A stretch of 64,000 nucleotides of DNA from an uncultured Bdellovibrio sp. (GCA_963932905.1 CAWVRN010000002.1:1-64000); one strand, 5' to 3'. Numbered from the stretch's first letter, positions 19,672-29,985 are shown. Translations and numbers: made by a program. The notes: generated from the sequence alone by a model not told the origin.

Positions 19672-20940
19672 CTATTTCTTATTAATAAAGGCTTCGGCCT
19701 TTTCATATTGATTTGGATCTATATAGATACGATCGATAACGCGGGTGCCTTCATATTTTTTAAAGATCTCGGTCGAGTTATTGATCGGTGATGGTTCAAA
19801 CCATTTGTCATAAGAATCTACTACGAAAATATCGAGAGCTTTATCGGTCGTTGACCCAGAATGGTATTTCGACAAACGCGCGTGTGATGAGGCGTGAATT
19901 GTTGAGAAGCCTTCTTTTTCTAAATCTAGTTTTAATTTTTCAAACCGATTATTCTCGCCGATTGAGTGGAGTTCTAGCAAAACTTTAAACGGTTTTCGTT
20001 GTGAAATTCGTTGCGCCCATGGGTTTGGTGATAAACTTAAGTGTTCATACAACTTGTAATCGTTGTATTTCGTGTACTGCTGAATATCAGCCGGTAGTAC
20101 GAAATCGCATTCAGGTGACATCAAATATCGATTCAGCATCTCTTCATAAATGATGCTTTTATGATGGAAGTAGACCATCAAATGCATATGATGGCGAGAA
20201 ATCAAGAAATCATCGAAAGAATAAAGTGCCCGACGATTTAAAGAAAGAAATAATTTATTTTCTTTTACATGGAAAGTTAAATTTTGAATTAACCATTCGA
20301 TATCGACTTTGCCATAGTTCGTTCCACAGAAATAACTGTCGCGTTCAAGATAGTCCATTCGATCGGCATCTAATTCAGAGCTTACGATCTGGCTTAAAAT
20401 CGGTCTAAAGTTGATGACTCCGTCAGTAAAAAAATCATCTTTTTCAGGCAAGGATTTATCAATCAACAAAGCAACGTGGTACGGTGTGAATTCAAAATTA
20501 GTTTGAATTACTTCAGCAATATTTGAATCTAGCAAAAATTTAAGTGTGTAATCTTCGTGATTCGCTTGTCTATCAATGCCGTCATAAACTGAAAGCTTTA
20601 ACTGCGAAAGCTTTGGCATCACTTGTTCTGTGGTGTGGCTTAGGGGCCCGTGACCCACATCATGTAGCATAGCTGCCAGTCGGCAGATCTGACGGAATTG
20701 ATGTTTCTTAGATGGTTTTTTAAAAGGATAAACTTTGAAAATGGAATCAAATACCATTCCCGCAACGTGGCTCACACCAAGGGAATGCAGATAGCGATTG
20801 TGGGTGGCGCCCGGAAAACTGAATTCAGAAAAACCCAATTGTTTAATTGCGCGCAGACGTTGAAATTCTAAAGTATCTAAAATTTTAACTTCTGAATCAG
20901 AGAAGTACATTGAACCATGTAGAGGATCGCGAATTTCCAT
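19672..20940 (-). CDS. HD-domain phosphohydrolase (dNTP triphosphohydrolase-like)
   Basis: FQRLRAIKQLG, HNRYLHSLG, LHDVGHGPLSH, DADRMDYLERD. Confidence 0.9.
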   Translation of the reverse strand: MEIRDPLHGSMYFSDSEVKILDTLEFQRLRAIKQLGFSEFSFPGATHNRYLHSLGVSHVAGMVFDSIFKVYPFKKPSKKHQFRQICRLAAMLHDVGHGPLSHTTEQVMPKLSQLKLSVYDGIDRQANHEDYTLKFLLDSNIAEVIQTNFEFTPYHVALLIDKSLPEKDDFFTDGVINFRPILSQIVSSELDADRMDYLERDSYFCGTNYGKVDIEWLIQNLTFHVKENKLFLSLNRRALYSFDDFLISRHHMHLMVYFHHKSIIYEEMLNRYLMSPECDFVLPADIQQYTKYNDYKLYEHLSLSPNPWAQRISQRKPFKVLLELHSIGENNRFEKLKLDLEKEGFSTIHASSHARLSKYHSGSTTDKALDIFVVDSYDKWFEPSPINNSTEIFKKYEGTRVIDRIYIDPNQYEKAEAFINKK

Positions 20941-21086
20941 GGAAAATAGATACTGCTAAGCGAATCCATTATCAATCGGGGATCTTGAACGACGAAATCT
21001 TTTCAGTCGAAAATGCCGCCAAATCGAATTAAACGGTAATGTAGAACAAATTTACAGGACCCTGGTCCAGTTTATCTCATTATGAC

Positions 21087-21113
21087 TCAAGTTATTTCAA
21101 AGTGTCCCGATAT
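21087..21113 (+). promoter_or_regulatory. Sigma-28 (FliA) promoter of flagellin 1
   Basis: TCAA-N15-CCCGATAT against consensus TAAA-N15-GCCGATAA. Confidence 0.7.
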
Positions 21114-21204
21114 GAGATGTAAGCAATAATCACCCACTGGAATCATAAAGATTCCGCATCACTCAAGGATCGAGGGATGTATATAACTCATGGAGGAGGA
21201 ATTT

Positions 21205-22053
21205 ATGGGGTTACGTATTAATACAAATACGTCTTCGTTAAATGCTCAAAGGGTGCTTTGGGGAACGAAACTGGGACTAGACAAGAGCATGGAAAAACTT
21301 GCTTCTGGTTACAGAATCAACAGAGCAGGAGATGACGCCGCAGGTTTGGCGATCTCTGAGAACCTAAGAGCGCAAGTTAGAGGTCTTAAGCAGGCCACAC
21401 GAAATGCCCAAGACGGTATCTCGTTAGTGCAAGTCGCGGAGGGCGCGATGAATGAAGTATCTTCGATACTAATTCGCTTAAGAGAGTTAGCGGTACAGGC
21501 CGCTTCAGACACGATCGGTCCGGTCGAGCGTCAATTCCTAAATGTGGAATATGATCAGCTAGTATCCGAGGTCGACAGGGTTGCCGAAGGTACAGAGTTC
21601 AATGGAACTCAACTTTTGGCCGGTGTTGGCTCTATCTTGGATTTCCAAGTTGGAACAAGAAATAATCCAGAAATTGACCGTATCTCTTTTGATGCTTCAA
21701 AAGCCGATGCAAATTCAGCCGCGTTAGGTATCAACTTAACAAGTGTGGCTGATAAAGCATCCGCACAGAATGCACTTTCGTCGATCGATACAGCGATTGT
21801 ATCCGTATCAGCGATGCGCGCCGACTTCGGTGCGATTCAAAATCGACTACAGTCAACGATCAGCAATCTTCAAGTTAACGTAGAAAATATGTCTGCTGCG
21901 AACTCACGTATCAGAGATGTGGATGTAGCTGAAGAGACATCTGAAATGACTAGAAATAATATTTTATTACAAGCGGGTACTTCTGTTTTAGCGCAAGCTA
22001 ATTCACAGTCCAATGTAGCACTAGGGCTCTTGAACAAATCATTCGGTGGCTAA
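21205..22053 (+). CDS. fliC: Flagellin (282 aa)
   Basis: MGLRINTN, SGYRINRAGDDAAGLAIS, GAIQNRL, SRIRDVD. Confidence 0.97.
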   Translation: MGLRINTNTSSLNAQRVLWGTKLGLDKSMEKLASGYRINRAGDDAAGLAISENLRAQVRGLKQATRNAQDGISLVQVAEGAMNEVSSILIRLRELAVQAASDTIGPVERQFLNVEYDQLVSEVDRVAEGTEFNGTQLLAGVGSILDFQVGTRNNPEIDRISFDASKADANSAALGINLTSVADKASAQNALSSIDTAIVSVSAMRADFGAIQNRLQSTISNLQVNVENMSAANSRIRDVDVAEETSEMTRNNILLQAGTSVLAQANSQSNVALGLLNKSFGG

Positions 22054-22173
22054 GATTAATTCTTAGCTCTGTTCTGATCCAGGTTGTTCGATCTTGATTC
22101 TTTCAAGATCACCCTTCAAGAATTTAGTGGCCTTCATGATCTGATACTTGCTTTTTAGTTCTGTTTCCTGCGC

Positions 22174-22195
22174 GTGGAGCGCATTTGCGCTCCAC
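22174..22195 (+). terminator. Strong hairpin downstream of flagellin 1
   Basis: GTGGAGCGCA-TT-TGCGCTCCAC, followed by ATTTATT. Confidence 0.5.
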
Positions 22196-22456
22196 ATTTA
22201 TTCGGATTTTAGATTTGTGTTCTATCAAGTCTATCGCTGTAAAATACAGACTATTTAAGTCTTTTACAGGATATTGAGAAATATAAATAATAGCACCTAT
22301 TGCTATTTCTAATGTTAAGTTCACCTTACCTTCCGTTGTGTATCCATCGTCTTTGTTTTTTGAAATTTCTATCAATTAATTGTATCAAATAAAAATAGTT
22401 CCTTGAAATGCATTCCCAGAAGATTATAGTGCGTGAGTATTAATCCGGGGGGATCA

Positions 22457-24160
22457 GTGAAACGTTTTTCTCTATTTTTAATTTTTACATTAATCGTTGA
22501 AATTGCATTTTCGCAGCAATTGGCTTTAGGCCATGTTACTCAGTTTGACGTTGCAAGCGACGTTCTGCCTAAAATCAAACAAGCAACTAAAGCTGACGAT
22601 GTATGGGCCGGAGTGACAGTAGATTTGAATTGGTTATTGGGCGGGATTAATTCTAAGTCATGTGCGAAATCTCAGAAATCGTATATTGGCTGCGTGATGG
22701 CGGTTCAAGCGTTCGCATCTGTACTAAAGAAAAATTTAGAAGTAGTCCCGGTTTCACAATTGAATGGTAAACAACCATTTTATCAAGTGGACCAATTAGC
22801 TTTGGTAGAAATGCCTCTACCTACAATTAAAACGGCAAAAGAAGCATTCGGCTATTTCGAAGAGGTGCGTAAAAAACTAAGCACACGTTTCTTTGCGGCA
22901 TCAGCTACATTTGTCAAATCACCAAATTCAGATTTCGAGTTATTGTTAACAGAAATCAACAAACGCGGCGGTACCGACGTTAAGCCGGCTCTGCTAGTAA
23001 TGGCGGCAACTAAATATTTTGAATCCGCTGTTGATCCGCATACGTCCATGAGACCGACGAAAGAAATGGAACAAGCCGCTAGCGAAAGTGGCGCTTCGTT
23101 TGTCGGTATTGGTATCGAGTTCGTAAAATTAGAGCAAGGTCTAATGGTTAAACGAGTATTGAAGGGATCTGGTGCAGGACTAGCTGGTGTTCAAGTTGGT
23201 GATATCGTAACCGCTGCAGACGGCAAGGCATTTACGGGGTTGTTGGATGACGACATAGTCGCGACCTTGCGTGGTGGGGAAAATACAACGGTTAAGTTAA
23301 CGATCGACCGCAATCAAAAAGTACTGGATATAAACGTTGTTAGAAAAAAAGTAGTAAACCCAGTTGTCAGTTCTGAAAGTGTGAACTTCAATGGCAAGTC
23401 GATGGTTTACATTCGCTTAACAAACTTTATGTATTCAAATATCTGTGATGAATTTGCTGATGTGATTTCAGCTTGGGATAAGCAAAATATCGCAGGCTAC
23501 GTGCTAGATCTTAGAAATAATCCAGGTGGAAATGTTCAGATTGCTGCGTGTGTTGGTGGCATGTTCCTAGGGAATAACAAAATAGTTTCCTATTTCGAGA
23601 GAAGAACATTTTTAGGCGTTCAGTATGATTCGTTGCCGACACAAGCGAAAGTAACAACGACAAAGCCACTCAGTGTTTTAATCAATGCGTATTCGGCAAG
23701 TGCATCGGAAATTGTTTCTGGGGCGATTCGTGATTACAATCGTGGGTACATTGTTGGTCAAACAAGTTTCGGAAAAGGATCTTACCAAGGCTGCGGACCA
23801 ATGAGAGATCAACAAGAATTAACTATCTGTTCAACTCAAGGTTTGTTTTTGGCACCATCAGGTAACTCGAATCAAACGGTGGGGATCGCGCCTCATATTT
23901 CTGTTTATATGAATAAAGATGCTCAAGATTCAGAAACATACGCGATGAGAGAAGCGCAGATGTACCTTTTTCCATTGCCACCGAAAAAGATGCCAAAGCC
24001 TCCGGCGGGAAATTGGAACCAGTTAAAAGCGCCTACTCAATGTTTGGCTAAATTGAAATTGGAATTAGCTTATGATCAGGCGACCTCTGCATCTGCGTTC
24101 TACAAAGACTACCAATTGCTAAACGGCCTTGCGGCAGTTAATTGTTGGGGAGCTCAATAA
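22457..24160 (+). CDS. S41-family C-terminal processing protease with PDZ domain
   Basis: DPHT, GIGIEF (PDZ), DLRNNPGG, SASASEIVSG, SFGKGS; GTG start after GGGGGGA. Confidence 0.9.
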   Translation: MKRFSLFLIFTLIVEIAFSQQLALGHVTQFDVASDVLPKIKQATKADDVWAGVTVDLNWLLGGINSKSCAKSQKSYIGCVMAVQAFASVLKKNLEVVPVSQLNGKQPFYQVDQLALVEMPLPTIKTAKEAFGYFEEVRKKLSTRFFAASATFVKSPNSDFELLLTEINKRGGTDVKPALLVMAATKYFESAVDPHTSMRPTKEMEQAASESGASFVGIGIEFVKLEQGLMVKRVLKGSGAGLAGVQVGDIVTAADGKAFTGLLDDDIVATLRGGENTTVKLTIDRNQKVLDINVVRKKVVNPVVSSESVNFNGKSMVYIRLTNFMYSNICDEFADVISAWDKQNIAGYVLDLRNNPGGNVQIAACVGGMFLGNNKIVSYFERRTFLGVQYDSLPTQAKVTTTKPLSVLINAYSASASEIVSGAIRDYNRGYIVGQTSFGKGSYQGCGPMRDQQELTICSTQGLFLAPSGNSNQTVGIAPHISVYMNKDAQDSETYAMREAQMYLFPLPPKKMPKPPAGNWNQLKAPTQCLAKLKLELAYDQATSASAFYKDYQLLNGLAAVNCWGAQ

Positions 24161-24166
24161 TTTTGG

Positions 24167-25144
24167 GTGTTGTTGAATCGTAGAATTATTTTATACGGAA
24201 GCCTAATAGTAATATTCGGGCTTCTTTTTTTTCTAATTAGAAATCCAGTCTTTTTTATCGAGAGTCCTCTCGATCCAAAACATTTGAAATCAGATCAGTA
24301 TAATTTACGACATCATGTCGAAATTTTAGCGGCCGCAAAACCGGCACGCACTTTCAAAAATCCTGAAGCGTTAGAAACAGCCGCCGACTATATTTCGGGG
24401 AAAATTGAAGAGTACGGTTTAGTTTCTAAGAAAATGGGTTTCGTGGTGAATGATAAAACCTATTATAACGTGGTAACTCATTTGGGGCCTTCAGATGGCG
24501 AGGCCATCGTTATTGGCGCCCATTACGATGCATTTGATGAATTACCGGGTGCTGATGATAATGCGAGCGGGGTTGCCGGATTACTTGAACTGGCCCGCAT
24601 GTTAGCGCCGATGAACGACAAGTTAAAGCGTCCAGTGATTCTAGTCGCCTATTCTTTAGAAGAGCCACCTAATTTCCGAACTGAAAATATGGGTAGCTTT
24701 GTTCATGCGCAGATGATGAAAAATCAAGGTCGCTCTATCAAATTGATGATCTCGTTAGAAATGATTGGATACTTTAAAGATGAATCAGGCTCGCAAGACT
24801 ATCCAATTCCGGGTTTGAGTTTTTTATATTCAAGCACGGGGAATTTTATTTCGATTGTTGGCCGATACGAGGAATGGTCGATAATTCGAGACATTAAATC
24901 GCGTTTCATGAGCGCCACAGATTTGCCAGTGTATTCTGCTAACATATCGAAAAATATTCCAGGTGTGGATTACTCTGATCACGCTAACTATTGGGATCAG
25001 GGTTTCCCGGCTGTAATGATCACAGATACCGCGTTTATGAGAAACCCCAATTATCATGAAAAAACAGACACACCAGAGACTTTAAACTACAGATTGATGA
25101 GTGAAGTGGTGAACGGCGTCTATGCAGTTATCGTGGGACTCTAA
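24167..25144 (+). CDS. M28-family peptidase
   Basis: IGAHYD, GADDNASG, LEE, SLEMIG, SDH, YH..TDT. Confidence 0.9.
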   Translation: MLLNRRIILYGSLIVIFGLLFFLIRNPVFFIESPLDPKHLKSDQYNLRHHVEILAAAKPARTFKNPEALETAADYISGKIEEYGLVSKKMGFVVNDKTYYNVVTHLGPSDGEAIVIGAHYDAFDELPGADDNASGVAGLLELARMLAPMNDKLKRPVILVAYSLEEPPNFRTENMGSFVHAQMMKNQGRSIKLMISLEMIGYFKDESGSQDYPIPGLSFLYSSTGNFISIVGRYEEWSIIRDIKSRFMSATDLPVYSANISKNIPGVDYSDHANYWDQGFPAVMITDTAFMRNPNYHEKTDTPETLNYRLMSEVVNGVYAVIVGL

Positions 25145-26537
25145 CATTTTCAAATGTCGTCGGGTTCGGCACCTCTTCGTTCTGATTTAACGAGTAGGCA
25201 AATATTTTTTCGATGCCTCGATTGCAATCTTCAATATGGGCGTCAAAAGTCGAAATATTTTCAAGGATATTGGCCGAGTTGGCATTGATAATATGCAGAC
25301 TTTCGCGCAAAATCTCAGAAAATCGTTTCATACTATCTATCGAGTGTTTAAAATCTATATTTTGTGAAGTGATTCTGGCCGATTCAATGTAACCAATTTG
25401 ACTGACGAGTTCGATACCATTGACTAATTTTCGGGTGTCCTTGTTAAGTGCGCTGAAATTTTCAATCAAGTGAAATGTTTCCGAGTGAGTAGATAGAAAC
25501 TTCTGGGTTACAGATCTTACTAAAGAAATAAATATCGACGAAATCTTTGAAAGGTCTTCGATTTTTTTTTGACTTTCTATTGGGCTTTTAACTTTTAATG
25601 TTTCTTGGACGAAGAAGGCAACCATGTCAGTTAGGAATTTTAGGGTGCAAATTTGTTTGGTGAAAACATTGTTTGCATCGTCGATCTTCTTGGCATCAAT
25701 AGCGAATTGGTTTAGATGTTCACTGACGTTCGAAACTAGGGTGTTAAAATTTTGGGCGATTACAGATAGCGATTTGCCTTGTTCGCCTACTTTGGATGAA
25801 CACACTTGAATATTCAGTGACAGCAACTGGAAGTCGTAGAATTTTTCGCTAAGCGATTTCGTTTGAGTTGAGAAGACGGAATTCATCTGTTCCAGGTCCG
25901 TAATTTTCCTAAATATCTCTTCGGTATGTTTAGAAGCGTTTTTGGATTCTGTGCAGATAGATTTCAGCAGGTCGCTTTCCAAATTCTCGCACGGGGTATC
26001 TTGATTGGTTGCTTTTAGCGCAGCATCTCTGGCTACAATTTCTGCTTTTAATGCTTTTGTGGAAAACTCTTCATAGTTTTTAAAGCCGAGAGAATCCAAT
26101 AGGGTAGATAAATAATATCTAGAGGCCTCGACACCTTCCGTGTTTTCGATTTCAACTAATTTTTTGTAAGCGTCTTCGATCGCAGTTTTGAACGGAGAAG
26201 TTGGTTTCATCCTGATTGATAGATATTGATTTCCAACGGGGAATACCACGGCTAAAACCCAATAATACGAACCGTCTTTTGCCATGTTTTTCACATAGGC
26301 AGCGATCGTTTCCCCAGTTTGAATTGTTTCCCATAATATTTTAAAAACGATCTTTGGCATGTCTGGATGACGAATGATATTGTGAGGTGCGCCAATCAGT
26401 TCGTCCCTGCTAAATCCGCTAATGCGAACGAACACGTCATTACCAAATTCAATTCTACCTTTCTGATCAGTAGTTGAAAAAAACAATTCATGGATATTGA
26501 AATTACGTTCTTGTCCATTGGGCACTCTATGTTTCAT
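25128..26537 (-). CDS. Soluble PAS-domain Aer-like sensor with degenerate chemoreceptor domain
   Basis: FSTTDQKGRI, PHNIIRHPDMP, YVKNMAKDGSYYWV. Confidence 0.8.
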   Translation of the reverse strand: MKHRVPNGQERNFNIHELFFSTTDQKGRIEFGNDVFVRISGFSRDELIGAPHNIIRHPDMPKIVFKILWETIQTGETIAAYVKNMAKDGSYYWVLAVVFPVGNQYLSIRMKPTSPFKTAIEDAYKKLVEIENTEGVEASRYYLSTLLDSLGFKNYEEFSTKALKAEIVARDAALKATNQDTPCENLESDLLKSICTESKNASKHTEEIFRKITDLEQMNSVFSTQTKSLSEKFYDFQLLSLNIQVCSSKVGEQGKSLSVIAQNFNTLVSNVSEHLNQFAIDAKKIDDANNVFTKQICTLKFLTDMVAFFVQETLKVKSPIESQKKIEDLSKISSIFISLVRSVTQKFLSTHSETFHLIENFSALNKDTRKLVNGIELVSQIGYIESARITSQNIDFKHSIDSMKRFSEILRESLHIINANSANILENISTFDAHIEDCNRGIEKIFAYSLNQNEEVPNPTTFENVRVPR

Positions 26538-26721
26538 ATATTAACAGTATCGCGTAGGCCGGCTGTACCCTATATGACGCCCGTCATGTTTAGCGAATTA
26601 AATAGATCACCTGTCTTATTCTAAGGCGGGTGTCTAATTGTGGTGCCAGTTATTGCGCAATGAAAGAGGCAACTATGGCCTAGGCATTGAATATATAAAT
26701 AGTAAGTAGTAGGAGTCTCAA

Positions 26722-27378
26722 ATGAAAACAATTATGTCTGGTCTTTTAACTGTGTGTTTACTGGCAATACCTTCCATTTCGAGTGCTGAGAAAATGACGG
26801 AAGAAATGGCAGCAGTGAAAGTCAGATTGTTTTTAGGATTACAACCCGGCGTGAGGTATGTTTATAAAGGGACTTTGAATCACCCTGCCTATTTAGTAAA
26901 AACAAAAGAAAATTCAATCGATATCGACAAGGGACCTATGACAACTGTGGAGGCTACAATTTCAATTGGTCCCACGGAGGATGGAAGTTATGTAACTCGT
27001 GGATTAGATATCTCAAAATCACTAGTTATTGAAACTGAATCGGATCCTATCATCCGTTATCAAAGAGTCGGCTCGGATAGAAGTGTAGTTGCTGAATCAA
27101 CGGCACCTCTTCAATCTAGTTTTACGGTTGCGATTCCTAGAACTAAAAAATCTTTGAAAGAAACTGATCTAGAAGAAAATGAAAAGATGCTTAAGATTAC
27201 TCAAACAGAAGAAAAAGTATCTGTGCTAATTTTCACAAAGAATGCAGATGGTACTATTGATATCGAAAGCAGTTCACGCGTGCGCCCTTGGGATAACTGG
27301 GGGCCAAAGGTAAGAGACGCAAATCAACACAACGACAATTTTAAAATCGTTAACGTTGCCCCAATTTCACCTCGATAA
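26722..27378 (+). CDS. Hypothetical secreted protein
   Basis: AGGAG RBS; signal peptide SSA|E. Confidence 0.75.
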   Translation: MKTIMSGLLTVCLLAIPSISSAEKMTEEMAAVKVRLFLGLQPGVRYVYKGTLNHPAYLVKTKENSIDIDKGPMTTVEATISIGPTEDGSYVTRGLDISKSLVIETESDPIIRYQRVGSDRSVVAESTAPLQSSFTVAIPRTKKSLKETDLEENEKMLKITQTEEKVSVLIFTKNADGTIDIESSSRVRPWDNWGPKVRDANQHNDNFKIVNVAPISPR

Positions 27379-27457
27379 TACAGAAAAACTCGACTAACGA
27401 ATTGAATTTCACACCTAGGTCGAGTTTAAAAAAATCTCACAATAAGAAAAACTAGAC

Positions 27458-27484
27458 TTAAGAACTTGAAAAGTGTTCCGAACT
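27458..27484 (+). promoter_or_regulatory. Sigma-28 promoter of flagellin 2
   Basis: TTAA-N15-TCCGAACT; shares the AAAGTGT spacer end with the flagellin 1 promoter. Confidence 0.6.
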
Positions 27485-27570
27485 AATACGTATCAATTAA
27501 GAACAGAATGTTCTTTTAGCCAATGGATGGCAAATATCAAGGAGGATTATCGGTATGCAAGGAGGATGAT

Positions 27571-28404
27571 ATGGGTTTACGTATTAACACAAATGTGGCT
27601 GCCTTAAATGCGCAGAAAAATTTGTACATGACTGGTATTAATCAGAACCGGTCAATGGCAAGACTCGCTTCGGGTCAAAGAATCAATCAGGCCGCAGACG
27701 ACGCTGCTGGTTTAGCAATCTCTGAAAATTTGAAAGCTCAAATTAGAGGACTACGCCAAGCTAACAGAAACGCGAATGACGGTATCTCACTGGTGCAAAT
27801 CGCAGAGGGCAGTTTGAACGAAGTTTCAAACATGATTATCCGCCTTCGTGAGTTGGGCGTACAAGCCGCATCAGATACAATCGGCGACACGGAAAGAAAG
27901 TTTTTGGATGTTGAATACCAACAGCTAAAATCAGAGATTCAGCGTGTAACGGAATCAACACAGTACAATGGGTATGATCTACTCAACGGAACTGGTGGAG
28001 TTATTGATATCCAAGTCGGTGTAAATAACGATCCATTTAAAGATAGAATTTCATTCAATGCAGGTGCTGCGAATTCGACATTAGAAGCACTAGGTATTGT
28101 GGCGGAATCACTGGAAACTAAAGAAAGCGCGCAAGTCAGTTTATCAAGCTTAGATAATGCTTTGGTATCTGTGAATGCGATCCGAGCTAACTTCGGTGCC
28201 ATGCAAAATCGCTTACAATCAACATCGAATAACTTGTTAGTGTACGATGAAAACATGTCGGCAGCTAATTCACGCATCAGAGATGCGGATGTAGCAGCTG
28301 AGAGTGCAGAGATGGTTAGAAATAGCATCTTGATGCAAGCAGGTACATCAGTACTAGGACAAGCTAATCAGATGAATCAGTTAGCATTGAAATTATTAGG
28401 CTAG
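27571..28404 (+). CDS. fliC: Flagellin (277 aa)
   Basis: MGLRINTN, RINQAADDAAGLAISE, GAMQNRL, SRIRDAD; GGAGG RBS. Confidence 0.97.
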   Translation: MGLRINTNVAALNAQKNLYMTGINQNRSMARLASGQRINQAADDAAGLAISENLKAQIRGLRQANRNANDGISLVQIAEGSLNEVSNMIIRLRELGVQAASDTIGDTERKFLDVEYQQLKSEIQRVTESTQYNGYDLLNGTGGVIDIQVGVNNDPFKDRISFNAGAANSTLEALGIVAESLETKESAQVSLSSLDNALVSVNAIRANFGAMQNRLQSTSNNLLVYDENMSAANSRIRDADVAAESAEMVRNSILMQAGTSVLGQANQMNQLALKLLG

Positions 28405-28410
28405 TATACG

Positions 28411-29985
28411 TTGAATCCATCCTTTCTTTTTATATTGATATGGCTTTGCTGTGAGTTAGTGTTTGCTAACTCACCAAGTCCTTCAATACTTAAAATGGGA
28501 ATGGTGCTCGAGCCCAATTCGCTGAATCCCGCGTTTCGCGCAACAGTTGAAGAGGGATTAGTTAACTCACTTATGGTTAGAAGCTTAGCTCACTTTAATT
28601 CAAAGAGTGAACTAGTGCCTCATTTAGCGATTTCGGCGCCCCAGTTTAAAAAAAATAAATTGGAGTTTGAAATTCGCCACGATGCTAGGTGGGACGACGA
28701 AACTCCAGTAACGTGTGCTGACTTTCAAACCGGACTTTTTTCTCAGAAAAAATTTCGAAGTTCTTCAATAGATCAGATAGAAAAAATAGAAAGTGCAATC
28801 GGCAATTCAAAGAAATGCAGTGTGCATTTCAGAAAGCGTAAACCAATTTATACTCTCTATTTACCCCCTCCCTTACCGACCCATATCGAAAAATCCAAGA
28901 TCGAGGCTAGTGAAAACGAAATTGAGTACTTGAAAAAAACTCAATATGGCCTCGATCCAACTTTCAAAGGCCTGGCTAATGGTCCCTACAAAATCAGTGT
29001 TTATAAGCCGGGATACTATATCGAGTTAGAACGAAATCCCGTATTCTACGGCCACAAACCTTTTTACGATAAATTGCAAATCCGCTTTTACAACTCTTTA
29101 CAGGGAATTATGAATGCCTTTTCGTCTCAAGAAATCGATATGATCTTAAGTGGATTGACGGCTGAGCGTGCAGAAGAAATTCAAAAGATCATTACTGAAA
29201 AGAAACTCAAAAACAAAATAGTCTCTAGGGCGTCGACCAAATTGATTCACCTAGAGTTTAATATGAAACGAAAATATATTAGCGATTTAAAAATACGTCA
29301 GGCGATGTCGCTACTAATTGATCCCAAAGAACTAGCAAAAATTGTGGGCGGTGACGGCGAGTTAACGGGTAGTCTGGCTCATCCGACGGATCCTAATTTT
29401 ATGACCGAATACGCGCAACCTAAGTACAAACTAGATTTCAAAAAAGCGGTTCAGCTAATTAAAGAATCTGGATACGTGAAAGACCCGGTAGAACTTGTAT
29501 TGACGTATAATTCTGAAAACTTGGATCGCGAGCGAGTCGCCGTCTATTTGCATAACAAATGGACCTCGGCCGGCCTGAAAGTTTTTTTGAAAAAGCAGCT
29601 CAAGCGCGTTCTTATCGGAGAGACAGTAAAGAAAGGTGATTTTGATGTGTCGGTATTCAGCTGGTCGCAGCCAAAACTTCAAATCAATCGCTCGTTTTTT
29701 AATCCTACAAATATTCCATCCGAAGCGAATCAATGGCAGGGCAGTAATTATGCTCGCTGGGAAAATAAGATTGCTGATGAAGCTATGGAAAAGGCAGATG
29801 AAGAATATGATATTAAGAAAATTAAAACTCAGCTGAAAAAATTCTATATTGAGTTTAATAAAGACTTGCCGTGGTTGCCACTATATTTTGAAAACAGAAT
29901 AACGGTAGTTCCGGATAGCTTTATCCACTATACCGTATTTCCCGACTGGGAATCTGAGACCTACGAAGTAGAATCGTGGCGATAG
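28411..29985 (+). CDS. Peptide ABC transporter substrate-binding protein (family 5)
   Basis: EPNSLNP, ARWDDETPVT, GPYKI, IRQAMSLLID, DLPWLPLY. Confidence 0.85.
   Translation: MNPSFLFILIWLCCELVFANSPSPSILKMGMVLEPNSLNPAFRATVEEGLVNSLMVRSLAHFNSKSELVPHLAISAPQFKKNKLEFEIRHDARWDDETPVTCADFQTGLFSQKKFRSSSIDQIEKIESAIGNSKKCSVHFRKRKPIYTLYLPPPLPTHIEKSKIEASENEIEYLKKTQYGLDPTFKGLANGPYKISVYKPGYYIELERNPVFYGHKPFYDKLQIRFYNSLQGIMNAFSSQEIDMILSGLTAERAEEIQKIITEKKLKNKIVSRASTKLIHLEFNMKRKYISDLKIRQAMSLLIDPKELAKIVGGDGELTGSLAHPTDPNFMTEYAQPKYKLDFKKAVQLIKESGYVKDPVELVLTYNSENLDRERVAVYLHNKWTSAGLKVFLKKQLKRVLIGETVKKGDFDVSVFSWSQPKLQINRSFFNPTNIPSEANQWQGSNYARWENKIADEAMEKADEEYDIKKIKTQLKKFYIEFNKDLPWLPLYFENRITVVPDSFIHYTVFPDWESETYEVESWR

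Noticed and set aside
19672..20940. Anti-phage dGTPase
   Set aside because: Ordinary HD-family protein in a housekeeping context with no defence genes nearby.
22124..22375. 83-aa minus-strand ORF
   Set aside because: No RBS or recognisable motif, and it overlaps the flagellin 3' hairpins; probably spurious.
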